26,955 bases of DNA, taken from contig JBEKXL010000027.1 in the NCBI GenBank assembly GCA_049512075.1, forward strand, positions 1-26,955, written 5' to 3'. This document shows, piece after piece, positions 9,009 to 17,156 of the stretch. Numbering within the stretch: the first letter of the stretch is position 1; every line of letters starts with the position of its first letter. The notes beneath the pieces are model-generated. The model was not told the DNA's origin. It saw only the letters and a list, made by a program, of their open reading frames with translations, and ran no database searches. The stretch is from Candidatus Bathyarchaeia archaeon. Its GTDB lineage: Archaea > Thermoproteota > Bathyarchaeia > Bathyarchaeales > Bathycorpusculaceae. The translations under genes were made by a program, and so were the position numbers.

Positions 9009-10304
9009 TCAACTAGTCGTTACGACGCCCTGATCCTCGACTGCTTTGACTCCTGGCAACGTGAAGCCTCCGTAGGGCAAGGTCCAGACTTTAGCGTTCT
9101 TGCCAACTATGTTCATGGCTTCGTTCAAGGCATCGTTTACCGCTCTTGAGGTTTTCAGCTTGAAAACGTTTGCAGCGTAGTAGTCGGGCATCGACGAGAC
9201 CAGGATTATGCGAGCTTTTTGCAGAGCTTTCATGTAGTAATAGACCGTAGATCCTCCCACGACGAAATTGCGTTTTATCTCCCTTTCGACTGCTTTCAAG
9301 TCTGGGAACTTGGTCATCCATTCGTAGAAATCTTGGTTTCCATGGCCTTCTGCCAGTTCAGCTACTAGGATTATCACGCCTCCCCTCTTCACAACTTCTA
9401 ACGCATTATCGACACTCTGGTATGCTTGGAAAAGATTGACATCCGTTGGGTCTCCGCCCGGACTGACTACGACAATGTCCGCCCGTCGATCTACCTGCAC
9501 CCGGTACATCTCATCAACAAGTTTGACCCCTTCGGAAAAAACTCGCTCCAAGTCTCCTGCAAATGCTCTCACGAGTTCCCTCTTGCTGTTCATCACAACG
9601 TTGAGGACAAAGTCTACCCTTGCCATCGCTGCTGCTTCAACCATATCTTGATGAACAGGATTCTCCGAGAGAATCCCGGTTCTCGCATTCGGATCCAGCA
9701 GCAGGGCATAATTGTGTTTTGCCGTTTCTTCACCTGATATTCCAGGCAGCACGCTTTTTCTTCCACCTCCATAGCCAGCAAAATAGTGAAGGCCAATGCC
9801 GCCTGTCAAGATTCTGACGTCTGCTTCAGTGAATGAGCGGTTCAAGAGGACTTCTGTCCCATGCTTCTGCGTCGTGCCCACGTGAACCAGGTCCTGAGCC
9901 CTGCTGTCATGACTCACGGCTCTAATGCGAGTGCAGACGTGTTCGCCCAGCAGCTTAACCGCTTCTTCAGGTTTGACCGCTCTGTGGAGCCCACACGCAA
10001 AGATGACCGTCACGTTTTCATACTTGACTCCTTCATCGTTCAGCGTGTCGAGCAACGGTGGGACCATCAATTCACTTGGCGCAGTTCCAGTGGCATCATC
10101 CACGACTATCGCCACTCTGCTTTCCGGTTTGACAATCTCGTTGAGCTTCTTAGAACCCAAGGGTTCTTTTAAGGCCCTTTCGATTTCTGCTATCGGATCC
10201 GGCACGCCCGGCTTCTCTTTCGGCTCTATTGAACCCAGAAAATTTCTAGTTGGAATTCTTACGCAGACTTGTGACTTTCCGTATGGAAGCCAAGCATCAA
10301 CCAT
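9009..10304 (-). CDS. larA: LarA-family (nickel-pincer lactate racemase superfamily) protein with degenerate active site
   Basis: LPYG, ACGLHR, HYFAGYGGGRKSVLPG, NPVHQDM, D-NLFQA, EGHG. Several catalytic positions are substituted (see findings). Confidence 0.88.
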   Translation of the reverse strand: MVDAWLPYGKSQVCVRIPTRNFLGSIEPKEKPGVPDPIAEIERALKEPLGSKKLNEIVKPESRVAIVVDDATGTAPSELMVPPLLDTLNDEGVKYENVTVIFACGLHRAVKPEEAVKLLGEHVCTRIRAVSHDSRAQDLVHVGTTQKHGTEVLLNRSFTEADVRILTGGIGLHYFAGYGGGRKSVLPGISGEETAKHNYALLLDPNARTGILSENPVHQDMVEAAAMARVDFVLNVVMNSKRELVRAFAGDLERVFSEGVKLVDEMYRVQVDRRADIVVVSPGGDPTDVNLFQAYQSVDNALEVVKRGGVIILVAELAEGHGNQDFYEWMTKFPDLKAVEREIKRNFVVGGSTVYYYMKALQKARIILVSSMPDYYAANVFKLKTSRAVNDALNEAMNIVGKNAKVWTLPYGGFTLPGVKAVEDQGVVTTS

Positions 10305-10444
10305 GGGACATCACTTGAGTATTGAAACACGCTGGCAGAAACTATTAAGTTTTGCCAGAGTAAAAAATAGAAGCAACCAGTAACACCTGTCCCGCCCTCA
10401 GGCAACTCTCTCAGCATAAGCCTCTTTAGAGGCTACGTACAATA

Positions 10445-11161
10445 ATGAAGAACTGTGAGGGATTGAAAGTGTCGATTGGAAAGACTCCTTCAAAGAACGA
10501 AGTGTTTTTCGTGTGGTTTAATCACTATGCTGGAGTGACCCTTAAGACTCCTTCAAAAACATTGGTGATTGATCCTGTTGACGTTAAACCTCGAGACTTC
10601 AAGAATGTTGATGCGGTCCTGATCACCCATGAACATTATGACCACATGGACCCATCCCTGATTTCGGAGCTTCAAAAATCAACGCAGTGCGCTGTCGTTG
10701 CCGACCCGACTTCCGTGAAAAAACTGCGGCACTTGATTTCTCCAGAAAAACTGGTCGAGGCCAGACCCGGTTCAGAAGTCAAGTTTGACTCGGTCTCGGT
10801 GAAAGTCGAAAGCTGCAATCATCCCCCTGCAACTACGCCAGTCACCTTCATAATCGCAAGCGAGGACGATATCAAAGTCTTTCACACGGCGGACAGTCTG
10901 CCCTTTCGTGAAATGGCCATGATGGGTGAAAAGGAAAAACTGGACCTTGTCTTCTGCACCGTGGGGATCGCGCCTGGGACTTCACCGGAAACTGGCTTTG
11001 AGATTGCAAGATTGACCAAACCGAAGGTTGCCGTACCCTATCACACAGGCTCAGCGGCGGACCAGAGGAAATTTGCCGAGCTTCTAAAGAAGGAGATGCC
11101 GAAGATGACCTGCTTGATTCCTGAAACGGGAAAGATATATCAAGTTTCGAAAAGGAAGTGA
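10445..11161 (+). CDS. MBL-fold metallo-hydrolase (UlaG-like)
   Basis: IDP, THEHYDH, NH, FHTADS, VPYH. True start may be TTG 10463 or GTG 10469. Confidence 0.88.
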   Translation: MKNCEGLKVSIGKTPSKNEVFFVWFNHYAGVTLKTPSKTLVIDPVDVKPRDFKNVDAVLITHEHYDHMDPSLISELQKSTQCAVVADPTSVKKLRHLISPEKLVEARPGSEVKFDSVSVKVESCNHPPATTPVTFIIASEDDIKVFHTADSLPFREMAMMGEKEKLDLVFCTVGIAPGTSPETGFEIARLTKPKVAVPYHTGSAADQRKFAELLKKEMPKMTCLIPETGKIYQVSKRK

Positions 11162-11165
11162 AATA

Positions 11166-11804
11166 TTGCCGAACCAAAAAGCCAGTGAATCCGTAAAGAT
11201 TGAAATCTGCAAGATTCTTGACCGAATAGGAGCGTTCAAGTTCGGAGCCTTCAGGCTTACGAGCGGAAAGATGAGTCCATACTACATAGATCTTCGGATA
11301 GTCCCGAGTTTTCCTGACGCTTTTCGGGAGATATGCAGCGTCTATGCGGACTTCATAAAAAACAGGGTCGGAACAAAGAACTTTGAAAGAGTGGCGGGAA
11401 TTCCGGTTGCAGGCATACCGTTCGCCGCCTTGATTGCATATGGCCTGAACAAGCCGTTCCTGTACATACGCAAGGGCGTGCGTCGTCATGGAAGGGAGAG
11501 AAGAATAGAAGGAGTCATCGCGCCCGGAGACCACATACTCTTGGTTGATGACCTTGTTACGACTGGCTTGTCATTGCAGAAAGCGGCGAAAACCATCGTT
11601 GCGGAAGGCGGGTTGGTGACGGACGCGGTTGTGCTGCTAGATCGTCAAGAAGGCGGAAAAGAGAGACTCGCGAAAAGCGGAATGAGAGTTCACGCTTTGC
11701 TCAACATCACTGAAATAGCTAACACACTGCACGAACTAGGGACGATAGACGAAGAACAGCTCAGAACCATTCTGAGACAGATTAAGACAGGACAAAAAAA
11801 GTGA
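11166..11804 (+). CDS. pyrE: Orotate phosphoribosyltransferase
   Basis: FGAFRLTSGKMSPYYIDLR, YIRK...HG, PRPP motif LLVDDLVTTGLS, DRQEGG. Confidence 0.93.
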   Translation: MPNQKASESVKIEICKILDRIGAFKFGAFRLTSGKMSPYYIDLRIVPSFPDAFREICSVYADFIKNRVGTKNFERVAGIPVAGIPFAALIAYGLNKPFLYIRKGVRRHGRERRIEGVIAPGDHILLVDDLVTTGLSLQKAAKTIVAEGGLVTDAVVLLDRQEGGKERLAKSGMRVHALLNITEIANTLHELGTIDEEQLRTILRQIKTGQKK

Positions 11805-11812
11805 GTTCGGGT

Positions 11813-12382
11813 TTAGAGAGGTTGTTCGTAGAATATTAGGTCTTGATCCTCGAGTATCTTGTGAAGCTTGCGCACTGCGTCATAGACATCCTGTTCTTTC
11901 TTAGCTCCCGTGCAAACAAGTTTCCCGCTTGCAAACAAGAGTATAACGACCTTAGGCTCGTCCATCCTGTAAATCAGACCGGGAAACTGTTCAGGTTCAT
12001 ACATCGTCTTTCCAAGTGTATACGGGGCCTTTTCCAAGTCTATCATTCCCCCCAAGCTGGCTGAGGCGACTATGTTCTGAATCTTCAACTCTGGTTTGCT
12101 GATGATTATTATTCCGCCCTTCTTCAACTCCTTGACCACTTTCATGACCGCTCTGCGTGCTTCCTTCTCCGACTTCGCCCCCGTACAAACCATCTTTCCA
12201 GAGTTGAAAATCAGCGTCGCCGTCTTCGGTCTCTTGAGCCTGAACACTAAGCCTGGAAACTGTTCAGGGCGATATTCAACTCCCGGATAACTCTTCACAA
12301 CAGCGTTCAAGTCAACCTTCTGGTTTAAAGTGGCAGAGGCAACAACGTTCACGATGTTTATTATAGCTTTGCTCTTCGGCAT
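11813..12382 (-). CDS. tbp: TATA-box binding protein
   Basis: Two repeats of NVVASA...YxPEQFPGL...LF-SGK-VCTGAK. Confidence 0.98.
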   Translation of the reverse strand: MPKSKAIINIVNVVASATLNQKVDLNAVVKSYPGVEYRPEQFPGLVFRLKRPKTATLIFNSGKMVCTGAKSEKEARRAVMKVVKELKKGGIIIISKPELKIQNIVASASLGGMIDLEKAPYTLGKTMYEPEQFPGLIYRMDEPKVVILLFASGKLVCTGAKKEQDVYDAVRKLHKILEDQDLIFYEQPL

Positions 12383-12420
12383 AGAAGCCCACTTCTTACT
12401 ACTGAATTGCTTAAATACCC

Positions 12421-12428
12421 TTTATAAA
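12421..12428 (-). promoter_or_regulatory. Putative TATA box of tbp
   Basis: TTTATAAA about 40 bp upstream of the tbp ATG. Confidence 0.45.
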
Positions 12429-12589
12429 GCCTCAGGTAGGTGCATTTTCAGTTTAGGCAGGGTGTTTTCGCTTCCTGAGCTACGTGAGAGAAAGAGTTTT
12501 GTTTCTTTCTTTTTGGAAAGGGTGTTTTAAGCTTCTTTTCAGTGGCACGCCTTGGGTCATGGTTCGTCCACGGCTGGGATTGACGCGGG

Positions 12590-12623
12590 AAGGCGTGAAT
12601 CGTACTGGAAAGGTGTGAATCGT
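12590..12623 (+). repeat. Tandem 14-bp direct repeat AAGGYGTGAATCGT, 20-bp period
   Basis: aaggcgtgaatcgt at 12590-12603 and aaggtgtgaatcgt at 12610-12623, immediately before the AbrB-like start. Confidence 0.7.
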
Positions 12624-12934
12624 TGCCCCTGACTGAGTCTGTAAGCTTCAAAGCCGTGTTGCAGAAGAGAAGCCGCGTTCAGATTCCCAGGTTGTTTTGT
12701 TGGCAGTACAGGATGGAGGCGAATCAGGTGTTGAAAGTCAACGTCAGGATTGCGGGTTCTTTCGTTGACGAGAGGTTTCTTGCGAGGATGACGAGAGACG
12801 GCCGCCTGACGATTCCAAAATTGACTTTGAAGCTTCTGCAGGAGGGCAAAGAAGAAAGCCTAGAAGGCTGCGTCCTCGAAGTCACCGTTGAGCCGGCAGA
12901 CGAACAGGGTGAAAAGCCGGAGCTGAACCCTTAA
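12623..12934 (+). CDS. AbrB/MazE/SpoVT-like DNA-binding protein with duplicated swapped-hairpin
   Basis: Two related halves: FKAVLQKRSRVQIPR...LKVNV and FLARMTRDGRLTIPK...LEVTV. Confidence 0.7.
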   Translation: MPLTESVSFKAVLQKRSRVQIPRLFCWQYRMEANQVLKVNVRIAGSFVDERFLARMTRDGRLTIPKLTLKLLQEGKEESLEGCVLEVTVEPADEQGEKPELNP

Positions 12935-12940
12935 GGCCCC

Positions 12941-13135
12941 GTGTCAACACAAACCGGGAAAGCGCGCGCCATTGAAGGCATACGCAAAGAGTTCAGTGAC
13001 AGCATAGCCAACCTTGTGCTGGAGGACAAAACACTCAGGGAGCGGCTTGTGAAAGTAGAAGAAGACCTGAAGTGGGCAATTGACGAAATTGAAAATCTGG
13101 AGACTGATGGCAAGGGCTACAACAAAGAGGGCTAG
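12941..13135 (+). CDS. Small coiled-coil protein or gene fragment
   Basis: 64 aa, heptad-like (LRERLVKVEEDLKWAIDEIENLE); bracketed by two GCGCGCGC sites. Confidence 0.45.
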   Translation: MSTQTGKARAIEGIRKEFSDSIANLVLEDKTLRERLVKVEEDLKWAIDEIENLETDGKGYNKEG

Positions 13136-13143
13136 CGCGCGCT
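13132..13143. repeat. CTAGCGCGCGC motif copy
   Basis: ctagcgcgcgct; includes the TAG stop of the 64-aa ORF. Confidence 0.75.
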
Positions 13144-13166
13144 TATTGGTCCAAGAGTGACACGTG

Positions 13167-14648
13167 TCAACCGTAGTATTTTGCGAGCATGGCAAGGTCC
13201 GCCGAGTCAACAACTCCGTCGCCGTTGATATCCGCATTGCGGTTCCACTTAGCGTCTCCTGGTTTTGAGCCGTAGGAGTCTGCTAGCAGAACGAGGTCTT
13301 GAAGGTTGACTTTGAAGTCTCCGTTTATGTCTCCTGGAATAGTGATGTGCGCGCCTGCAGGCGGGTCTGCGTCGATTTGCAAGGTGCCTTGAACGACAGA
13401 AACAGGTATTTCCTGTGCATTGTTGTCATTCAGTTCGCTATAAGTTATCCGCAATTGGCTGTAGAAGTCTGATTGATTCAGGACTTGTGAGGGTTGTCCA
13501 GTTACCTGGAAAGTTATCTTTGCCACGAGTCCGTCATCGTTATTCCATCCCACCTTAGCGGTGCTGGCGGCACACACAGCGTATTGGGTTGCTTGATCAT
13601 AACTTGCAGTGTCAATAATCTGGTTCCCCTTGACATCGAAGAATCCGTCGAAAACATAAAGCAAGGACCCAGTAAGTACACCTCCTGATTGGCCGAGCAT
13701 CGTCGTGAATCCGATGGGCTTGCAATAGTTCAGAATGTTTCCGAAGTCAAAGTACACTTCAACACCGCAAACACCAGCCGGAACATTCGCTTCAGTTGCG
13801 TTTCTAAAGTGTATCTCCACAGTGAAGGTTTGTCCCACCGCAGACGGAGAAGAAGGTATCTCCAAACCGTTAATGCTCGCGTTCACGTCAATTAGAGGAT
13901 CAACCGCGACTGGCTCTACGCTAAAATACACCTGCGCTTGCTGTTTGTAAGTAAGAGGATTCGGGATGGGAGGAAGGAGAGAGGTAGCGCCCGCGCTATA
14001 CTTGCTTGACAGGTCATTGATTTGATTTTGCAGGGAATTGGCTTGATTTTGTAGGGTTGTGATTTGTCTTTGCAGATTTGCAATCGTACTGTTGTCGGCT
14101 GCGACTATGGAATTGTTTGATGCAAGCTGGTTTTCAAGTTCAGCTGTTTGAGAATTCAAAGAATTGATCGTTGAGTCGGCCGATAGGATTTGGTTTTGAA
14201 GAGCTGTGACTTGAGAGTTCAACAAGGAAATCGTACTATTCTTGTCGTTCACTGCTGACATGTGATATGCGAATGCTCCGACTAGGCCAACACCGAGAAT
14301 GATACAGATTATTCCTAGTGCGAGGACGCGCGCTCGTTCACGTCTCCAAAATCTGGGCCAAAATTGAGTGCGTAGAGGAGTGCTTGATGGTTCTTCCACC
14401 TGTTTCATAGTGGAAACGGCGATTCTTCCAAGAGACGACAAAGCGTATTCTCCGTGTTCAGTTTTTGCCAGAAGACTTGTTAAACCTTCCAAATGATAGG
14501 TCAAATGAGAGCTTTCTATGCCTAGGGTTCTCTGCAAGTCTGAAAAACTCTGCGGCCCTGCCGAAAGGGTTCTCAGTATCTTCCTGCGAATAGGGTGTCT
14601 CAAAGATGTGAAAACCGTCGAATAGGTTTCTTCTTCGAAGCCGCCCAT
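13167..14648 (-). CDS. Membrane-tethered wHTH protein with coiled coil, cohesin-like domain and type I dockerin
   Basis: ATG 14648 with GGTGA RBS. ArsR-like wHTH (LRHPIRRKIL...SFSDL...HLTYHL); TM VLALGIICIILGVGLVGAF; N/Q/S heptad coil; cohesin-like (VGQTFTVEI...GVEVYFDF...GLVAKITFQV); dockerin (GDINGDFKVNLQDL...ADINGDGVVDSADL). Confidence 0.85.
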   Translation of the reverse strand: MGGFEEETYSTVFTSLRHPIRRKILRTLSAGPQSFSDLQRTLGIESSHLTYHLEGLTSLLAKTEHGEYALSSLGRIAVSTMKQVEEPSSTPLRTQFWPRFWRRERARVLALGIICIILGVGLVGAFAYHMSAVNDKNSTISLLNSQVTALQNQILSADSTINSLNSQTAELENQLASNNSIVAADNSTIANLQRQITTLQNQANSLQNQINDLSSKYSAGATSLLPPIPNPLTYKQQAQVYFSVEPVAVDPLIDVNASINGLEIPSSPSAVGQTFTVEIHFRNATEANVPAGVCGVEVYFDFGNILNYCKPIGFTTMLGQSGGVLTGSLLYVFDGFFDVKGNQIIDTASYDQATQYAVCAASTAKVGWNNDDGLVAKITFQVTGQPSQVLNQSDFYSQLRITYSELNDNNAQEIPVSVVQGTLQIDADPPAGAHITIPGDINGDFKVNLQDLVLLADSYGSKPGDAKWNRNADINGDGVVDSADLAMLAKYYG

Positions 14649-14888
14649 GGTCTCACCAACAAATATAGGGTTCTCAGCACGAGTTAAGCGTTTTCGTAAA
14701 GAAACCTTTACGAATGTTTGAGTTTTAGGCATCGAGTCTCTGTCAAAATCTTTGTCAACTACGCATTATGGGGTCAAACTTCCTTGACGGTTTTGCGAAG
14801 GGGCGCTACGTTTGGTTCGGACTTTTATAGTTTGTCTTCCTAGCCCGCACGCGCGGGACACTGTTGCTGTAACCGCATATTCAAATCC

Positions 14889-14900
14889 AGCGCGCGCTAA
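14889..14900. repeat. TAGCGCGCGC motif copy (reverse orientation)
   Basis: agcgcgcgctaa; variants nearby at 14840-14857 and 14929-14939. Confidence 0.7.
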
Positions 14901-14976
14901 TAGGGAAGTGCCCCAATAGTTCAGCCTACTAGGCGCGCCAACCTACAAAGCGAGGAACAATAGACTGTAATGCGCC

Positions 14977-15324
14977 CAATAGCCTTACCCGCCTCTTTTG
15001 TTTGGAGGAAGAGGTATTAAGATGCTTAGACTTGCAGGAAAATACGCCGACATCTGTTTTATCCCAGAAGAAAACCCAAAAGAGTTCTCCAGAGCCAAGG
15101 ATGAAGTTGTAAGAGCTGCCAAAGAGGAGAATAGAACAGGCATTCCGCCCTTCGCTTGTTTAGTTGGCATTAGAACAATGGAAGGAAAGGACGATTTCCG
15201 TTTGAAACTTGAGAAAGCTACCAATTTTGGAGCATCCTACGTTGTTGCTGGCGTTGAGCGAAAACGAGATTACATGCAGTTTATTGAGCTTCTTGCCAAA
15301 GATATAATGCCGTCTTTCGGATAG
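14977..15324 (+). pseudogene. 5'-truncated luciferase-like (LLM) oxidoreductase fragment
   Basis: Frame reads Q*PYPPLLFGGRGIKMLRLAGKYAD, matching the LLM motif PxQxPxPPxxxGG...AxxxAD. In-frame TAG at 14980; N-terminal part absent. Confidence 0.75.
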
Positions 15325-15397
15325 TCTTCAGCCGTTTTTAGATAACGTGTTTTTTGAATTAAAAGCACGAAAATAATCGGTCGGGTTTTCAAGACGC

Positions 15398-16315
15398 CTA
15401 GCTTACATATGCCAAATACAGACGCGCACATGTAGCCACGGTTGCTCCATCACCCACGCAGGCGGGTATTAGGTCCTTAACCGTTGAAGCGCACCCCCCA
15501 CTTGCGAAAACCCCTTCGACGTTCGTTCTTCCAAGATGATCGACAATAACACAACCTTGTCTGTGAGTTTTTAATCCAGCATTCCGCAAGACTGAGACAA
15601 ACGGCTTAACGCCTCCAACCACAAAGATGATGTCTGCCCTCAATGTCTTGTTTGCAGAACTGCTCACATGACGTAACACGAGCTGTTTTGACGGTGGTTT
15701 GCCTTTGATCTCTTTTCCTATAAAATCCTCTATTAGGCTGACCTTCCTCTTTTCCAGTTGCTCCTTCATCTGTTCGTCAATGTCAATCATGTTAGCATGG
15801 TTGACCAATCTTACACTCCTAGCTGTTGTAGTCAATCGCAAAGCTTCATCAACGGCTTCCTTGACATTGCCAACGACGATTATGTCCTTCCCCTTAAGGA
15901 AAGGCGCGCTGCATTCTGCACAGTAGGCAACACCGGCACCGAGCCAGGTCTCCCACTTCATACCTATGCCTTTCATTCCATCCCCGGTTGCCAGAATCAA
16001 AGCTTTACACTCATATTTTTCCCGTTTAGTTTCTACAACCTTCTCTTTTCTCTTTAGAGAAAGGTTGACAACCTCCTTCGAAGTGTGAAGCTCTGCACCG
16101 TCCTTCTCTGCTTGATACACCATTTTCTCCATGAGTTTCAGCCCAGAAATCTTGTTCCGAAAGCCCGGATAATTGGTTACTCCACGCGCTCTAGTTGCAA
16201 TTCCACCCGCTGTCTTGTCTTCCTCTAAAAGCAACGTATGCAAGCCAAAAACCGAGGAATGGATGGCTGCGGCTAAACCTGCGGGTCCACCGCCAACAAT
16301 AATTATGTCATACAC
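15398..16315 (-). CDS. trxB: Thioredoxin reductase-like FAD disulfide oxidoreductase
   Basis: GGGPAGLAAA, NYPGF, ATG, redox CAEC, TNVEGVFASG; the NAD(P)H-binding motif is atypical. Confidence 0.85.
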   Translation of the reverse strand: MYDIIIVGGGPAGLAAAIHSSVFGLHTLLLEEDKTAGGIATRARGVTNYPGFRNKISGLKLMEKMVYQAEKDGAELHTSKEVVNLSLKRKEKVVETKREKYECKALILATGDGMKGIGMKWETWLGAGVAYCAECSAPFLKGKDIIVVGNVKEAVDEALRLTTTARSVRLVNHANMIDIDEQMKEQLEKRKVSLIEDFIGKEIKGKPPSKQLVLRHVSSSANKTLRADIIFVVGGVKPFVSVLRNAGLKTHRQGCVIVDHLGRTNVEGVFASGGCASTVKDLIPACVGDGATVATCARLYLAYVS

Positions 16316-16614
16316 GTTATTCGCCCCCTTCCATCATTAAATTACTTGCGATCTCTTAAAGAATTAACTGAAACAGACCACGCTTGAGGGTTTGTCTTCG
16401 AACTGTTGTATAGAGGTTGGGTTCTAACCAGGCGCGGGTAAGATGGCGCCGTGGAAGGGGTTTTGTCACGAGCTTTAGCAAAAGGGAACAAGCGCGTGCA
16501 AAAAAATCAAAAATGACAGCCTGAGGTTTAAAGAAAGATACTTGGAGGCAGATCGTTCACCGAACAAGCAAGCTGCTGTCTCAATTTCGAGCCTTGATGG
16601 TTGAATGTACTGTC

Positions 16615-16974
16615 TTATCTTTTTTTGGTGTATTCGTAAAGTCCAAATAGGTTTCCGTCAGGGTCGGCAAACGTGGCCATGGCAGTTCCATCTTCCTCTG
16701 ACTTTGGAACAGTTACCTTACCTCCGAGTTTTACAACTTTCTCCAGCGTTTCGTCAATGTCATCCACCAAAATGTAAACAAGAACACAGGTAGGTTTCTC
16801 TTTAGGCATTCGCCACATCCCACCGCCTGGTTTTTCACCTGTATTGACCATCCAATAGGCGAAGTCCTCATTCTTGTCGCCTGTGATCTTCCAGTCAAAA
16901 ATGCTTCCATAGAAACTCTTTGCCATTTCCAGATCTCTCACTCGTATTTCAACCCAGTTAAACCTATTCGGCAA
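16615..16974 (-). CDS. VOC/glyoxalase family protein
   Basis: WVEIRVRDLEMAKSFYGSIFDW, VDDIDETL-KV--LGG, FADPDGNLFGL. TTG 16974 after a GGGGTGG RBS preferred. Confidence 0.88.
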   Translation of the reverse strand: MPNRFNWVEIRVRDLEMAKSFYGSIFDWKITGDKNEDFAYWMVNTGEKPGGGMWRMPKEKPTCVLVYILVDDIDETLEKVVKLGGKVTVPKSEEDGTAMATFADPDGNLFGLYEYTKKR

Positions 16975-17156
16975 CCATCCACCCCCTGCGAACTGACAAG
17001 ATTCCACTATTCAATAGGAGAGCCTTTGGATTTAGCTTTTATCCGTGACGAGCCCTCATTCTTCTGCGTGTTTGTTATAAGCAATTAGCCATAGCAACAG
17101 CTGGCAACAGCTTAGCAAGGAGTACACCGAATTGGTTAAAAGAACTACATCAGGAA

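Noticed and set aside
10872-11534. 220-aa minus-strand ORF
   Set aside because: Shadow of the MBL and pyrE genes.
12541-12600. tRNA-like or att sequence (GGTTCG) at the island border
   Set aside because: No acceptor, D or anticodon stems could be built.
14649-14732. 28-aa N-terminal extension of the wHTH gene in the ORF track
   Set aside because: The GGTGA RBS precedes ATG 14648, where the wHTH domain begins.
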